A stretch of DNA of 64,000 nt from Candidatus Magasanikiibacteriota bacterium (GCA_943359595.1 CALRIA010000002.1:10417-74416); one strand, 5' to 3'. Positions 48,136 through 58,105 are shown, numbered from the stretch's first letter. The notes: generated from the letters alone by a model not told the origin. Program-made: numbers and translations.

Positions 48136-48253
48136 ATTTGCGTTTTAAAGATGGACGAAGGGTTTGCTGCGCGCAGACCTCATCGTTCACTAATATTTAT
48201 TGTTGGAAAGTAACTATTAGTGAAATGAGGTCTGTTAAACAATCAAAATGAAA

Positions 48254-48274
48254 TACCCCGATTTATGCGGGGTA
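48254..48274. terminator. Bidirectional-looking hairpin (taccccg-atttatg-cggggta) flanked by A/T runs, immediately 3' of the recombinase gene
   Basis: A 7-bp stem with a T7 run on the plus side and tttcattt on the minus side. Confidence 0.45.
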
Positions 48275-48279
48275 TTTTT

Positions 48280-49227
48280 TTATTTGTCAAAAAGGGGATG
48301 AAATTCATGGTGTGTTTTTTCAGCATATCGATCTGATGCATGGACATACCTAGTAGTCGTATCTAGGGATTCGTGGCCTAAAAGTATTTGAATAGCCGCT
48401 GGATTAGCACCATTTTCTGCCAAAAATGTGGCAAAACTATGGCGTAAAGTATGAGCACTAATCGGAAGATTTATATCAAGTAGTTCTCGATATCTTTTAA
48501 TTTTATATTGCAAATAATTGGTAGATAATTTTTTATTTTTATCGTTATTATTTCGGCCACGATATGGCACGAACAGCATGTCGGATGTGCTATTTCTTTT
48601 TTCTAGATAGCTTTTTAAGTGGGTGAGTGCCCGCGGTGTCAGATAAACAAAACGTTGTTTTTTTCCTTTTCCCATCACATATATTTTACCAGTTTGGTCG
48701 ATTTGTACCACCTTTAATGATAATAGTTCGGAGATACGCATACCGGTGGCAAATAGGGTCTCGAGCATCGCTCGGTTACGCAAAGCTACTTGAATTTTTT
48801 CTTCATATTTTGTCGGTGCTTCAATCAATTTAATCAACTGTTCAAATTCTGGCACGCGTGCGTATTTTTTTTCTGTTTTAATTAATTTTATAGAAGATGC
48901 AGAAATCGAAATATTATTATACTCAATTTCCTCAAGGAACTTTAGATATGAGCGTAGGGAAGACAGAATACGGTTTACTGAGTAACTGCTTAGGCTTTGT
49001 TTAACATCATTTTCGTTGGCAGTTTTTCTATCGTTGGAATGTAAAAATGCTTTGTAGCGTAAAATATCTTTTTTATCCAATGTATCAAAAGGTTTTTTTA
49101 TATCAGTACTTATAAAATATTCAAAGGTTCGTAAATCACGCTCATAATTATAACAAGTTTCAGGTGAAAAATTGTCCGCTTTTAAATGGAGTAAATAATC
49201 GTCCAAGTTTGGTAGCTGTATAGTCAT
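48280..49227 (-). CDS. Tyrosine site-specific recombinase (XerC/XerD-like integrase)
   Basis: N-terminal SAM-like core-binding domain. The C-terminal catalytic box is HTLRHSFATFLAENGANPAAIQILLGHESLDTTTRYVH (R...H-x-x-R...Y). Confidence 0.85.
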   Translation of the reverse strand: MTIQLPNLDDYLLHLKADNFSPETCYNYERDLRTFEYFISTDIKKPFDTLDKKDILRYKAFLHSNDRKTANENDVKQSLSSYSVNRILSSLRSYLKFLEEIEYNNISISASSIKLIKTEKKYARVPEFEQLIKLIEAPTKYEEKIQVALRNRAMLETLFATGMRISELLSLKVVQIDQTGKIYVMGKGKKQRFVYLTPRALTHLKSYLEKRNSTSDMLFVPYRGRNNNDKNKKLSTNYLQYKIKRYRELLDINLPISAHTLRHSFATFLAENGANPAAIQILLGHESLDTTTRYVHASDRYAEKTHHEFHPLFDK

Positions 49228-49233
49228 AAAGAT

Positions 49234-49455
49234 TACTTTGCTATTATGTTTCTTTCTTCTAATAACATTTTACCCTTATTGCACTCTGAACACAATGTTC
49301 TGAGATTTTTTATTTCATTTGTACCACCAGCAACCACCGGCTTAATATGGTCGACCTCTAAACGGTCGTTTAAGGCGTCCTGGCCGCAAAGAACACATCT
49401 ATAGCCATCTCTTTGTAAAACTTCGTACCTGAGCTTAGGATAGATACCTTTTATT
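49234..49455 (-). pseudogene. HNH endonuclease domain remnant without an in-frame start codon
   Basis: The minus-strand frame reads ...YRCVLCGQDALNDRLEVDHIKPVVAGGTNEIKNLRTLCSECNKGK, a canonical HNH C-x2-C...DH...N...C-x2-C pattern. The open frame is only 73 codons and has no ATG/GTG/TTG. An ATG at 49466 is in a different frame. Its stop is 6 nt before the recombinase start. Confidence 0.5.
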
Positions 49456-49575
49456 TAAGCGCATATTTATATATCTTATTGAGTGTAAGAGTTATTATAC
49501 TCAATTATATAACAAGATAAATAAACTGTAAAGTATACTTTGTCCACATCAGATTTTTGCACTCCTCCTCCACCT

Positions 49576-50523
49576 TTATTTCCAGTACACTCGTTCGCCA
49601 AATCTCAAATCGATATACTCACTAGGATGATTTGCGGCTAAAATTATTTTTAAATTTCGTAGTTGGACTTGCCAATCAGAATCGGTATTTATTAATATAT
49701 ACCAAGGTTGTTTTACAAATAACTTTAAATTAAAATCAGTATCACCTATTTTAAAATACTGCACTTCCGCTACATTTTGTTCTTTTAAAAATTTACTCCA
49801 TTCGACGGCTGATTTGATTACTTTTGATGATAACAACTCCTTGTATTTATCTGTGGTCAATTTGTCATTGAAAACAACCGGGAAATACCCGTATGCAGTT
49901 TGGATTTGTTGATAAGTGTTTAGATGAGTATTTGGTGCAGTTACACTACTAGTAGCGACAGTATTAGCATTTGTGATTGGAATGTTGATGAATTCATTAA
50001 GCTGTTTGATAGTTTTTCCATCAGCGTCTAACAAATAATAATTTGTATTATCATCATAGATTACACTAGCCGGTTTTTCGTTCACTACTATTTGAACAGT
50101 ATCTGGAAAAACTTTTTTAATCTGAACATTTTCATATAAAAATGTTTGTTTGATTTTTTCTGCTATAGATTTGTCTGGAAATAAAAAATAATTATTTTTT
50201 GAAAAATTAAACTCACGAACGTAATTTTCCACTTCGGTTGCTTTGGTTATTTTATTGCCAGTAATAATAATTTTGGTAATTTTAAAATAAGAAAGTGTTA
50301 AAATTAATACTATCCAAATTAAAATAAGTATTATTAAAAATATCCACACTAGTTTTGTTTTGCTCTTAGATGCTGGTATTTCCTTTTTAAAAGGATTTTT
50401 TAGGGCTGATTGTTGAATGTCCCCCGCTACTTCTTTTTTTTGACGTTTAGTTTTAATTTTTTGCCAAAAAGATTGATGTGGTTTGTATTGATTAAAACTT
50501 TTATTGGAATGAAAATATTGCAT
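49576..50523 (-). CDS. ftsQ: Cell division protein FtsQ/DivIB-like
   Basis: Cytoplasmic N-terminus, a single TM helix (LVWIFLIILILIWIVLILTL), and POTRA-like ITGNKITKATEVENYV. Confidence 0.6.
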   Translation of the reverse strand: MQYFHSNKSFNQYKPHQSFWQKIKTKRQKKEVAGDIQQSALKNPFKKEIPASKSKTKLVWIFLIILILIWIVLILTLSYFKITKIIITGNKITKATEVENYVREFNFSKNNYFLFPDKSIAEKIKQTFLYENVQIKKVFPDTVQIVVNEKPASVIYDDNTNYYLLDADGKTIKQLNEFINIPITNANTVATSSVTAPNTHLNTYQQIQTAYGYFPVVFNDKLTTDKYKELLSSKVIKSAVEWSKFLKEQNVAEVQYFKIGDTDFNLKLFVKQPWYILINTDSDWQVQLRNLKIILAANHPSEYIDLRFGERVYWK

Positions 50524-50525
50524 AA

Positions 50526-51638
50526 TTAAACAATAATTCTTGGAAGTAATGGGTTAATTCTGTCTATCACTTCATAGTTTATCGTGCCAATTTGTTTGGC
50601 TAAATCATCAGCACTGATAGCGCTGTTACCTTGCTTACCGATAATTATTACTTCGTCATTGATTTTAATTTTTTTAATTTTTGTTACATCAACCATCGTT
50701 AGATTCATACAAATACGACCACGAATTGGACATTTAACCCCTCTTATTATTACTTGGCCAATATTTGATAACTTTCGATCCAGCCCGTCCCAATAACCAA
50801 TTGGTAGTATGGCAATTTTTGATTTTGTTTTGGTAGTATAACTTCCACCATACCCTATTTTTGTATTTGGTTCAATATTTTTGAGTTGAATAATTTTTGT
50901 TTTCCAACTTAAAGCTGGCTGGAGTATTATATTTTTTTTACTTTTTTCATTTGGATATAATCCATACAAACTTAGGCCCAACCGAGTCGCGCTAAAGTGT
51001 GTGTCTTTATGAAAAATAGTAGCGGCCGAACAGGCAAAATGTTTGATTGGGATATAAATATTATTTTTTTCCAATTCGTCAATTACCTTTTTAAAAGTAT
51101 TTTTTTGTTTTTTGGTATATTCAAAATCATCTTCGCTGGACGCAAAATGGCTCCAGATACCCTCTAGCTGTAGATTTTTTAGTTCAGTGATATCTTTGGC
51201 AATTTTCAAAGCTTCATTTGGCATTACTCCAATTCTAGTGGTACCAGTATCTATTTTTAAATGAACCTTCACTCCCCCGTCCAAATTTTTTGCTAAATTA
51301 TTTAAAAAATAAATTTGTTCTGATAAATAAACAGGGAAAATGACCCCGTGTTTAATGGCGGTTTTAATTTTCTTGATATCTAGCTCATAGAAACTTAAAA
51401 TCATTATCGGTTTTTTGATACCGTTGTTTATCAAGCTGAGCGCTTCATCCAGATTTACCACACAAATACGGCTAACAAAAGAATTGAGGTCACAAATTTT
51501 TGCAACCTCAACCATTCCGTGTCCGTAGGCATTAGATTTTACTACTGGCATCAGCAATACATCTTTACCAACTAACTTTTTAAATTGTTTTAAGTTAAAT
51601 TCAATCGCTTTCTTATTGATTACGATTTGCGTAAACAT
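50526..51638 (-). CDS. alr: Alanine racemase
   Basis: PLP-Lys motif VVKSNAYGHG, and the C-terminal beta-domain. Confidence 0.85.
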   Translation of the reverse strand: MFTQIVINKKAIEFNLKQFKKLVGKDVLLMPVVKSNAYGHGMVEVAKICDLNSFVSRICVVNLDEALSLINNGIKKPIMILSFYELDIKKIKTAIKHGVIFPVYLSEQIYFLNNLAKNLDGGVKVHLKIDTGTTRIGVMPNEALKIAKDITELKNLQLEGIWSHFASSEDDFEYTKKQKNTFKKVIDELEKNNIYIPIKHFACSAATIFHKDTHFSATRLGLSLYGLYPNEKSKKNIILQPALSWKTKIIQLKNIEPNTKIGYGGSYTTKTKSKIAILPIGYWDGLDRKLSNIGQVIIRGVKCPIRGRICMNLTMVDVTKIKKIKINDEVIIIGKQGNSAISADDLAKQIGTINYEVIDRINPLLPRIIV

Positions 51639-51639
51639 A

Positions 51640-53451
51640 TTATTTGATGCCCATCATTTTTTTACGAGCTTCATTTTCATTCAATATTTGTTTACGGATG
51701 CGGATATTTTTTGGAGTGATTTCTACCAATTCATCATCACCGATATATTCCAAAGCATCTTCAAGATCCATAGTTTTTGGCGCGTTGAAATGTTCGGACA
51801 CACCATCACCTTTGGAGCGCATGTTAGAAAGTGCTTTTGTTTTGCAAACATTCACACGTAAATCCCCATTGCGAGCATGTTGTCCTACTACCTGACCAGC
51901 ATATACTTCTACAGCTGGGCCAAGAAACAACAAACCTCGATCTTGAGAATTTAATAAACCATATAAATTGGTAATGCCAGTTTCGTGGGCCACAAGTGAT
52001 CCCTGATCGCGTTCTTTCCAATCTCCTGGATCTGGGTAATAACCATTGAAAATAGTATTAACGATTCCCATACCTTTAGTATCGGTTAAGAACTCAGTAC
52101 GATATCCAAACAAACCACGAGTTGGAATCAAGAATTCAGCAAAGAAAATACCGTTTTCAATATTCATGTGTTGCATCAAGCCGTGGCGTGATCCCATTTT
52201 TTGAATAACAGAACCAGAAGCAAATTCAGGCGCTTCAACATAGATAGTTTCAAAAGGTACCATTCTTTTTCCATCAATTTCTTTTACGATTACTTGAGGG
52301 CGAGAAACTTGAATTTCATAACCTTCACGACGTAAGCGTTCAATCAAAATTGCTAAGTGTAACTCACCACGACCAGAAACAACCCAATCATTGTTTTGAC
52401 CATTTTCAACACGTAAGGCCATGTCGGTTTCAAGTTCTTTGTACAATCTTTCGTTGATTTGACGAGAAGTGGTAAATTGACCTTCTTTTCCAGCAAATGG
52501 AGAATCGTTAACCATAAAAGTCATCTTAACGGTCGGTTCTTCAATTTTCAAAACTGGTAAAGCGATTGGGTTAATTGGATCAGCAATAGTTTCACCAATC
52601 ATACCATCAAGTATGCCAGCTACAGCCACGATATCCCCGGCTTCAGCATCTTCAGTGGTACAGCGATCTAAACCTTCAAAGGTCATCAAAGCGACGATAC
52701 GATGTTTGGAGATTGTTCCGTCACGGCGAATGCGAGCAACTTCTTGGTTGGCTTTCATTCTACCATTTAACAACTTACCAGTAGCAATACGGCCTTTGTA
52801 GTTATCTGCAGACAAAGTTGTAATTAACATCTGTAAAGGCTGATCGGCATCACCACTTGGTTCTGGAATATAACTAATAACAGTATCAAACAATGGGCTG
52901 ACATCAGTCATTTTGGATAAATCTGGTTCAAGACCAGCTAAGCCTTGTTTGGCACTAGCATAAATAACTGGGAAATTGGCAGTTTCGTCGTCTGCCCCAA
53001 GTTCTAAGAATAGATCAAAAGTTTTGTCCAAAGCAAAAGCTGGACGAGCATCTGGTTTGTCAATTTTATTTACAACTACAATTACTTTTAATTTCATTTC
53101 TAAAGCTTTTTTCAATACAAAGCGAGTCTGAGGCATCGGACCTTCCTTAGCATCAACCAAAAGCAAACAACCGTCGGCCATGGTCAAAACGCGCTCCACT
53201 TCCCCACCAAAATCGGCATGGCCTGGAGTATCGATAATATTTACCTTATGGTCACCCCAACGCACTGAAGCGTTTTTGGAAAAAATAGTAATACCGCGTT
53301 CCTTTTCTAGATCGTTACTATCCATGACACAAATTTGATCAACGGTGTCTTTGCTAAATTTAGTTTTTGCCTGACGCAAAAGTGCATCCACGAGAGTAGT
53401 TTTTCCATGATCAACGTGAGCGATAATGGCAATATTTCGAATCTTCTGCAT
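51640..53451 (-). CDS. typA: Translational GTPase TypA/BipA
   Basis: RNIAIIAHVDHGKTTL, DTPGHADF, NKIDK, and the BipA-type domain order. Confidence 0.9.
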   Translation of the reverse strand: MQKIRNIAIIAHVDHGKTTLVDALLRQAKTKFSKDTVDQICVMDSNDLEKERGITIFSKNASVRWGDHKVNIIDTPGHADFGGEVERVLTMADGCLLLVDAKEGPMPQTRFVLKKALEMKLKVIVVVNKIDKPDARPAFALDKTFDLFLELGADDETANFPVIYASAKQGLAGLEPDLSKMTDVSPLFDTVISYIPEPSGDADQPLQMLITTLSADNYKGRIATGKLLNGRMKANQEVARIRRDGTISKHRIVALMTFEGLDRCTTEDAEAGDIVAVAGILDGMIGETIADPINPIALPVLKIEEPTVKMTFMVNDSPFAGKEGQFTTSRQINERLYKELETDMALRVENGQNNDWVVSGRGELHLAILIERLRREGYEIQVSRPQVIVKEIDGKRMVPFETIYVEAPEFASGSVIQKMGSRHGLMQHMNIENGIFFAEFLIPTRGLFGYRTEFLTDTKGMGIVNTIFNGYYPDPGDWKERDQGSLVAHETGITNLYGLLNSQDRGLLFLGPAVEVYAGQVVGQHARNGDLRVNVCKTKALSNMRSKGDGVSEHFNAPKTMDLEDALEYIGDDELVEITPKNIRIRKQILNENEARKKMMGIK

Positions 53452-53457
53452 ATTTAA

Positions 53458-54693
53458 TTATAGTTTTTCTAGACCGCAATAAGGCTGCAGTACTTTTGGA
53501 ATTAAAATCGATCCATCCGCTTGCTGATATTGTTCCACAATCGCTAGAGGAAAACGACTGAGCACTACGGCGGTACCATTGAGCGTGTGCAACAGCTCGG
53601 TCTCGCCATTTTCTTTGCGGTATTTAATGTTTAAACGTCTTGATTGATAATCAGTACAATTGCTACAGCTGGTAATCTCGCCATATCCGTTATTCATGGT
53701 CATCCAGGCCTCCAGATCGTATTTACGATAAGCCGGTCCACCCAAGTCTCCTGAAGGGATATCTATCACGCGGTAGTTTAATTTCAGCCCATCGATAATC
53801 TCTTTTTCGATAGTTAAAATTTCTTGGTGCAATTTTTCACTTTCTTCCGGTTTACAATAAACAAACATTTCTAGCTTGGTGAATTGATGCACGCGGTACA
53901 AACCTTTGTTGGTACGTCCGTATGCACCAGCTTCAGTGCGGAAACAGTGTGATATAGCTATATATTTTTTTGGGCCATTAGTCAAGTCTAAGACTTCATC
54001 GGAATGATAGCCACCCATCGTAATTTCAGCGGTTCCGATAAGGCTTAAGTCGGTATTTTCAATGGAATATGTTTGTGTTTCATTACCTCTTGGATTAAAA
54101 CCAATCCCAGTCAATATTTCATTTTTAGCGACATCTGGTGTTTCCATTAAAGTATAACCATGTTTGGTTACTACGTCGATGCCGTAATTAATTAATGCTT
54201 GATTTAAGCGTACTAGATTATTTTTGGTAAAATAGAATTTGGTTCCAGCTACTTTTGTTCCCCGCTCAAAATCTATTAAGTCATTTTGAATCATCAGTTC
54301 CTCATGATCTTTTGGAGAAAAATCTAGCTTAAATGTTTTAGGGCTCTGAAAAACTATTTTATAATCATCCTCTCCTCCAATTGGACTATTAGGGTGTGTC
54401 AGGTTTGGAACTTGCATTAGATAATTTTTGTATTCAACCTCAACACTTTCCAGTTTTGATTCCAGTTGTTTGATCTCTTCCCCAACATCGCGCATCTTGG
54501 CTATTTCTTCATCGGTTGGTTTTCCTTTGGACTTTTGATTGCGAGTAGCACGTAATTCTTCTACCTGTTTAAGTATAATACGGCGCTCTTCATCTAATTG
54601 TAGTAATTTATCTAAATCCAATTTAACATGGCGATCAATACAATTTTGTTTTATTAATTCAATGTTTTTACGAATAAATTTAATATCTATCAT
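53458..54693 (-). CDS. serS: Seryl-tRNA synthetase
   Basis: N-terminal coiled-coil arm and a class II core (motif 2/3 region ...FRTEAGAYGRTNKGLYRVHQF...). Confidence 0.9.
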   Translation of the reverse strand: MIDIKFIRKNIELIKQNCIDRHVKLDLDKLLQLDEERRIILKQVEELRATRNQKSKGKPTDEEIAKMRDVGEEIKQLESKLESVEVEYKNYLMQVPNLTHPNSPIGGEDDYKIVFQSPKTFKLDFSPKDHEELMIQNDLIDFERGTKVAGTKFYFTKNNLVRLNQALINYGIDVVTKHGYTLMETPDVAKNEILTGIGFNPRGNETQTYSIENTDLSLIGTAEITMGGYHSDEVLDLTNGPKKYIAISHCFRTEAGAYGRTNKGLYRVHQFTKLEMFVYCKPEESEKLHQEILTIEKEIIDGLKLNYRVIDIPSGDLGGPAYRKYDLEAWMTMNNGYGEITSCSNCTDYQSRRLNIKYRKENGETELLHTLNGTAVVLSRFPLAIVEQYQQADGSILIPKVLQPYCGLEKL

Positions 54694-54697
54694 ATAA

Positions 54698-55717
54698 TTA
54701 ATCTATATATTTTTTCAAAATATTTTTATTTTGTTGGATAATTTCTTTATTCAATGGTAAAAAATCTAGTTTCAAAGCTTTCTTCATAGTAAACCAGCCA
54801 TAGTCACACGTTTCATTATCAGCAATATTTATTTTACCGGATTTAATTTTACAAATGTAAATTATCAAAAATACTTGGTAGCTATATTTCTTTTCTGTTT
54901 TGGTTAAAATTTTTTGTAATAGTTCGATTGGTTCCACACTGAATCCAGTCTCTTCTTTTACTTCACGTTTTAAACTGGAAATGATTTCTTCGCCATTTTC
55001 CACTCCTCCACCTGGGAATTCCCATTTGTTGTTAAATTCCGAACGGGTGTCACGACGTAAAGTAAAAAACATTTTTCTATCTTTTACAATTATGGCCGCT
55101 GGCACTATAATTTGTTTGAAAGCAAATTGTTTGGATAAATAATGACCAACTTTTACAATTGCTTGTCCACGATGGCTGATAGTATTTTTCTCTGGAATAG
55201 TTAATTCGGAAAAATTCTTTTTTAGTGGTGGATAATAAAAAATACAATCGTAATTCATGCCATGACGAAAATCTGAGACGCTTTTTTCAGAAATAATTCC
55301 GTCTACTCGCCCTGGAAACATAGCAAATACATCGGTGTCAGGATGATACACGCAGGCATGGGTTTCAAAATAAGATTGACGTTTGGAAGCTGGTACTCCT
55401 TTTAAAAATTTGAGTATTTTTAAATTGCGCTGTTCGGCCGTTGAGGCAAACCGCTTGGCCTTTATCCCTGGCTGTCCCTTTAGATGGTTTACATAAAAAG
55501 CAGTATCTTCAGCCACGGTCAATAGTCCGCTTTTTTTGGCATAAAATTTGGCTTTGTTTAAAGCGTTTTCCCAGGTAGTTTCAAACGGTTCTTCAGCTTC
55601 TACTTTGTCTAGCCCGAGATCTTTTAAATTTACAAATTTAAAATTTAAATCACCAAAAAAATTAACGATTTCGTTAAATTTTCCTGGATTAGTAGTGGCA
55701 ATTAAAATTTTTTGCAT
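54698..55717 (-). CDS. Fusion of non-canonical purine NTP pyrophosphatase (RdgB/Ham1) and a NUDIX hydrolase
   Basis: N-terminal ILIATTNPGKFNEI (Ham1 signature). C-terminal NUDIX box GGGVENGEEIISSLKREVKEETG (G-x5-E-x7-REUxEExGU). Confidence 0.75.
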   Translation of the reverse strand: MQKILIATTNPGKFNEIVNFFGDLNFKFVNLKDLGLDKVEAEEPFETTWENALNKAKFYAKKSGLLTVAEDTAFYVNHLKGQPGIKAKRFASTAEQRNLKILKFLKGVPASKRQSYFETHACVYHPDTDVFAMFPGRVDGIISEKSVSDFRHGMNYDCIFYYPPLKKNFSELTIPEKNTISHRGQAIVKVGHYLSKQFAFKQIIVPAAIIVKDRKMFFTLRRDTRSEFNNKWEFPGGGVENGEEIISSLKREVKEETGFSVEPIELLQKILTKTEKKYSYQVFLIIYICKIKSGKINIADNETCDYGWFTMKKALKLDFLPLNKEIIQQNKNILKKYID

Positions 55718-55718
55718 T

Positions 55719-56114
55719 TTAATTTTTATCTCTAAATTTGGAGCTTTTATAAATATATTCTTTGTAAGGTGGCAAACGTACGATTTTTATATTAGGAAAA
55801 ACTTTTTCTAAATTATCAGTAAAAGCTGTCTGATCATATCCCAGAGCAATTGTATCTGGATTTTCTTCTCTAATGACTTGATATTTATCATCGATATTTC
55901 CCAAAATAACTTTATCAGCAATATTTAAATCAACTATATTTTTTAATCTTGTTTTTTCGTTATTTTGTATTTGAATATTTTTTACTGTTTGCACAGTTGT
56001 ATCACGAGCTACTATCACTACAAGGCTGTCTCCCAACTTCTTCGCTTCAGTAAAAAGAAACAAATGCCCGGGATGTAAAATATCAAAAGTTCCAAACACC
56101 ATTACCTTGGACAT
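55719..56114 (-). CDS. Cytidylyltransferase-family nucleotidyltransferase, archaeal RibL (FAD synthase)-like
   Basis: VMVFGTFDILHPGHLFLFTEAKKLGDSLVVIVARDTTV closely matches the RibL/CTP-transferase HxGH core. Confidence 0.55.
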   Translation of the reverse strand: MSKVMVFGTFDILHPGHLFLFTEAKKLGDSLVVIVARDTTVQTVKNIQIQNNEKTRLKNIVDLNIADKVILGNIDDKYQVIREENPDTIALGYDQTAFTDNLEKVFPNIKIVRLPPYKEYIYKSSKFRDKN

Positions 56115-56115
56115 A

Positions 56116-58023
56116 TTATTGCATCATTTCAAAATCTTTGGTGATATTTTCTACTTCTTTTTTCTTTCCAAAAATTAAAACACCAAGGAAATTAATTTGT
56201 TCGCTACTTTTACTCTCTTGTTTTTCTTTTACTTTTTTATAATTGGTGGAATCACGCATTTCTTCAGTGAAGCAAGTAACGATCATTTCACCTTTTTCAG
56301 CCGCTCTTTTTAATTTTAATAAATTTTCTTTTTTATCAGTCTGTTTCATCATGATGGCGTGTTGGATGTTCATTGGAATTTTTTCGCCATCGGTGGTGGT
56401 CGTACTGTCAATAAAAATAAGTTTTTTACCTTCACGAGCAGCAAGCGCCGCGGCTAAGTGAGCGGCGGCATTTAGTTTGCTCCACTGTGGAACTTCAGCA
56501 GTATTTAATAATACTGCGTGAGCCACCATAGTTTCTTTGCCTTTACCGACTTCACTTTGTCGGACGGATTCCGGTCGCATCGTTGGAAACAAGATTACTT
56601 CTTTGAGATTGTCGACATCTACCAATAATTTAATCAATCGATCTATTCCCATTCCTAGCCCGGCAGTCGGTGGCATGCCATGTTTTAATGCAGTAACAAA
56701 ATCTTCGTCATAAGGCATACTTTCTTCATCACCAGCTTCTTCAAGACGGGTTTGTTCTTTAAAACGTTCTTCCTGATCAAGCGGATCGTTTAGCTCAGAA
56801 AAGGCATTACAGAGTTCATTGCCGCCAACGCACAATAATTGAAAGCGTTCTACATAGCGTGGATCGGAAGTTTTTTTCTTGGCCAGAGGAGAAAGCTCGA
56901 CTGGGTGATCAATCATAAAAATAGGATTGATAATATGAGGTCGGGCGTATACTTTATAAATTTCATCGATCAATTTTCCACGACCGGTGCCCGGTTTGAT
57001 GTCATCAATTTTTAGTTCAATCGCTTTTTCGAACATGGCTTCATCCGTAGGAAGATCTTCAATATCAAATTTGGCATATTGTTTAATAAGATCACGCATA
57101 GAAACGCGTGGATATGGTGTAGTAAAATCAACTTCTTTACCACCAATATTTAATTTTAATTCTTTACCGGCAGCCTTGATTAATTTTGGTAATAGATCCT
57201 CCATCAAATCCATCAGCTTGGTATAATCAGCATAAGCCCAGTAAAACTCAATTTGGGTAAACTCCGGATTGTGGTTATGGTCAATCCCCTCGTTGCGAAA
57301 ACATTTGGCGATTTCATAAACTTTTTCAAAACCACCAACAATTAAACGTTTTAAATATAATTCAGGCGCAACACGTAAAAATAAAGGAATATCTAAAGCG
57401 TTGTGATGAGTGACAAAAGGTTTGGCCAAAGCACCGCCGTATAAAGTTTGTAAAACGGGAGTTTCCACTTCATAAAAACCAAGATCATCAAAATAATTGC
57501 GAATTTCTTTTACAACATTACTGCGAATTTTGGCGATTGCCATAGAATCGTCATTGGCTAATAGATCCAAATAACGTTTGCGGTAGCGTTGTTCAACATC
57601 CGTTAGGCCGTGAAATTTTTCTGGTAATGGTAAGAGTGTTTTGGAAAGTAAAGTATAATCTTTTACCAAAATTGAAGTTTCGCCGGCGTGAGTCACAAAA
57701 ATTGTGCCTTCAACCGAAATAAAATCACCTAAATCAAAATTTTTGACAAAAAATTTGTATTTTTCTTTTCCAAGTTCTTTTTCCGATACGGCTAACTGCA
57801 TCTTTCCAGAAGCGTCTTTAAGATGAGAAAAGCAAAGTCTACCCATTTCTCGAATAGCCACAAGACGGCCACTTGTTTGGATTGGTGTGTCTGTTGCCAT
57901 AGTTTTGGCCTGTTCAAGCGGAACCCCCTTTTCGCTTTTGGCTGGATATGGTTCAACGTCAGCGTCTTTGATAGTTTTTAAACGCCCTAAACGGGTTTCA
58001 AATTCGTTGATTTCTTCGGACAT
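56116..58023 (-). CDS. lysS: Lysyl-tRNA synthetase (class II) with a C-terminal extension of about 140 aa
   Basis: OB anticodon-binding domain plus the class II core (GGNELCNAFSELNDP; GLGMGIDRL). Residues after about 495 (MVAHAVLLNTAEVPQWSKLNAAAHLAAALAARE...) have no counterpart in canonical LysRS. Confidence 0.85.
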   Translation of the reverse strand: MSEEINEFETRLGRLKTIKDADVEPYPAKSEKGVPLEQAKTMATDTPIQTSGRLVAIREMGRLCFSHLKDASGKMQLAVSEKELGKEKYKFFVKNFDLGDFISVEGTIFVTHAGETSILVKDYTLLSKTLLPLPEKFHGLTDVEQRYRKRYLDLLANDDSMAIAKIRSNVVKEIRNYFDDLGFYEVETPVLQTLYGGALAKPFVTHHNALDIPLFLRVAPELYLKRLIVGGFEKVYEIAKCFRNEGIDHNHNPEFTQIEFYWAYADYTKLMDLMEDLLPKLIKAAGKELKLNIGGKEVDFTTPYPRVSMRDLIKQYAKFDIEDLPTDEAMFEKAIELKIDDIKPGTGRGKLIDEIYKVYARPHIINPIFMIDHPVELSPLAKKKTSDPRYVERFQLLCVGGNELCNAFSELNDPLDQEERFKEQTRLEEAGDEESMPYDEDFVTALKHGMPPTAGLGMGIDRLIKLLVDVDNLKEVILFPTMRPESVRQSEVGKGKETMVAHAVLLNTAEVPQWSKLNAAAHLAAALAAREGKKLIFIDSTTTTDGEKIPMNIQHAIMMKQTDKKENLLKLKRAAEKGEMIVTCFTEEMRDSTNYKKVKEKQESKSSEQINFLGVLIFGKKKEVENITKDFEMMQ

Positions 58024-58073
58024 AAAAATTGAATAATAATTGGATTATTATACCAGTTATTGCATAAAAAGTC

Positions 58074-58098
58074 AAAAAACCCCAGATGTTATCCGGGG
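58074..58098 (-). terminator. Rho-independent terminator after greA (minus strand)
   Basis: The minus strand reads ccccggat-aac-atctgggg + T6, and the stem pairs better on the minus strand (G-U wobble against A-C on plus). An extended -10 (tggtataat) for lysS follows on the minus strand. Confidence 0.5.
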
Positions 58099-58105
58099 TA
58101 ATATT

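Larger units (their letters stand above)
47932..49575. mobile_element. Putative integrative-element remnant between ddl and ftsQ: small Lys-rich ORF, XerC/D-like tyrosine recombinase, and a start-less HNH endonuclease fragment
   Basis: The gene content is described below. It interrupts the ddl/ftsQ neighbourhood, and the flanking housekeeping genes are on opposite strands. No att repeats could be identified by eye. Confidence 0.3.
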
